Below are positions 63,284-64,000 of a stretch of DNA of 64,000 nucleotides, piece by piece. A model generated the notes under the pieces. The model worked only from the letters and a program-made list of their open reading frames with translations. It ran no database searches and was not told the DNA's origin. This DNA comes from a virus (Duplodnaviria > Caudoviricetes). The stretch covers positions 1-64,000 of the IMG/VR virus record IMGVR_UViG_2700988815_000001. One strand, 5' to 3'. The translations under genes and the position numbers were made by a program. Numbering within the stretch: position 1 is the first letter of the stretch; every line of letters begins with the position of its first letter.

Positions 63284-63295
63284 CACATCTAGGGG

Positions 63296-63323
63296 TTGAC
63301 AAGGGGTTAGAATGGTGTAGAAT
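63296..63323 (+). promoter_or_regulatory. Sigma70-like promoter
   Basis: TTGACA-16-TAGAAT followed by GGCCCACAT, as at 13040. Confidence 0.75.
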
Positions 63324-63351
63324 GGCCCACATACCAGACAGGAGATACACA

Positions 63352-63564
63352 ATGATTACTGAAGGTCAGATACTAAACTTCGCGGATGAACTTGAGAAAC
63401 GTGTACAAGAACGAGACAGCAGCTACACTGTGCGTGTACAATCCGCACAAGGGATTCACGGCCCTATGTTCTTGATTCATGTAGAAAATGCTACCGACTC
63501 CCAACGATTCGTGGTAGACTCTGCGCTTCACACATTCCTGAGAGAGTATGACGTTGGACAATAA
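63352..63564 (+). CDS. Hypothetical protein
   Basis: AGGAG RBS. Confidence 0.75.
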   Translation: MITEGQILNFADELEKRVQERDSSYTVRVQSAQGIHGPMFLIHVENATDSQRFVVDSALHTFLREYDVGQ

Positions 63565-63676
63565 AATCAGAAATCCCTTGGCAGCAGCCAACCGACGTGT
63601 TAATGTACCCAAGGTTGAACGCGACCGTACCAAGTATCGTCGCAAACGTAAACACAAGAAAGGAGAACAAGAATGA
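63548..63676 (+). CDS. Small basic protein (42 aa), ArfA-like motif
   Basis: MTLDNKIRNPLAAANRRVNVPKVERDRTKYRRKRKHKKGEQE; coupled at both ends. Confidence 0.65.
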   Translation: MTLDNKIRNPLAAANRRVNVPKVERDRTKYRRKRKHKKGEQE

Positions 63677-63855
63677 ATGTAGGTGATCGTGTAAAGGTTG
63701 TTGCAATCGTTGGCTCGCCACATGACTTCATGGGTGACGAAGGCACCATCGTGAAGCTGACAGAAGTACGTGACGGTGTTGTGTATGAAATGGAGGTTGA
63801 CTTTGACGAGTGGTTTGCTGTACCATTCATGGCTTCTGAACTGGAGGTGATTTAA
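63673..63855 (+). CDS. SH3/KOW-like small protein
   Basis: VGDRVKV...G..GTI...ELEVI. Confidence 0.7.
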   Translation: MNVGDRVKVVAIVGSPHDFMGDEGTIVKLTEVRDGVVYEMEVDFDEWFAVPFMASELEVI

Positions 63856-64000
63856 TGGCTAGCATCCCAACCCTGAACGGCAACACAATTATGATTCCGT
63901 TCCCAACAATCAACGCTGCATGGGACTTCTGTGTATCCGCTGGGCTGACTCAATTTGCAGTGCGAGAGTTGCCTGATGGCTTTAGCCTAGCAACCCCAAT
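63855..64000 (+). CDS. Hypothetical protein, truncated by the window edge
   Basis: TAATG coupling; open to the end of the window. Confidence 0.55.
   Translation, partial: MASIPTLNGNTIMIPFPTINAAWDFCVSAGLTQFAVRELPDGFSLATP

Overview
64 kb of a lytic myovirus genome. Gene content and order resemble Pseudomonas phages of the Pakpunavirus/Otagovirus type (inferred, not database-checked). Layout: (1) 1-620, a non-coding repeat-rich end region. (2) 650-24190, a minus-strand accessory arm: release-factor-like GGM protein, TerD-TerC-vWA-TelA cluster, SLOG and macro domains, a Nampt-like + PRS-like pair (NARP1-type NAD+ reconstitution), kinase/RNA ligase/phosphoesterase, SpoT-like HD, DNA ligase, dCMP deaminase, ClpP, PhoH. 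(3) 24290-29260, a structured RNA, a putative TerS and about 24 tRNAs covering all 20 amino acids, interleaved with tRNA-like and structured RNAs. (4) 29290-58540, the virion morphogenesis and lysis modules. (5) 58560-64000, small genes. Best novelty candidates: a self-contained unit (62274-63283) pairing a helical protein with a ~290-nt nested-stem RNA whose core is an A-rich 7-nt repeat array; two paralogous ~300-nt covarying structured RNAs (24291-24600 and 59860-60130), each next to a back-to-back promoter pair; and a release-factor domain with GGM instead of GGQ fused to an L7/L12- or EF-Ts-like helical domain. All calls are by-eye motif recognition. No searches or folding programs were run, and start codons and RNA boundaries are approximate.
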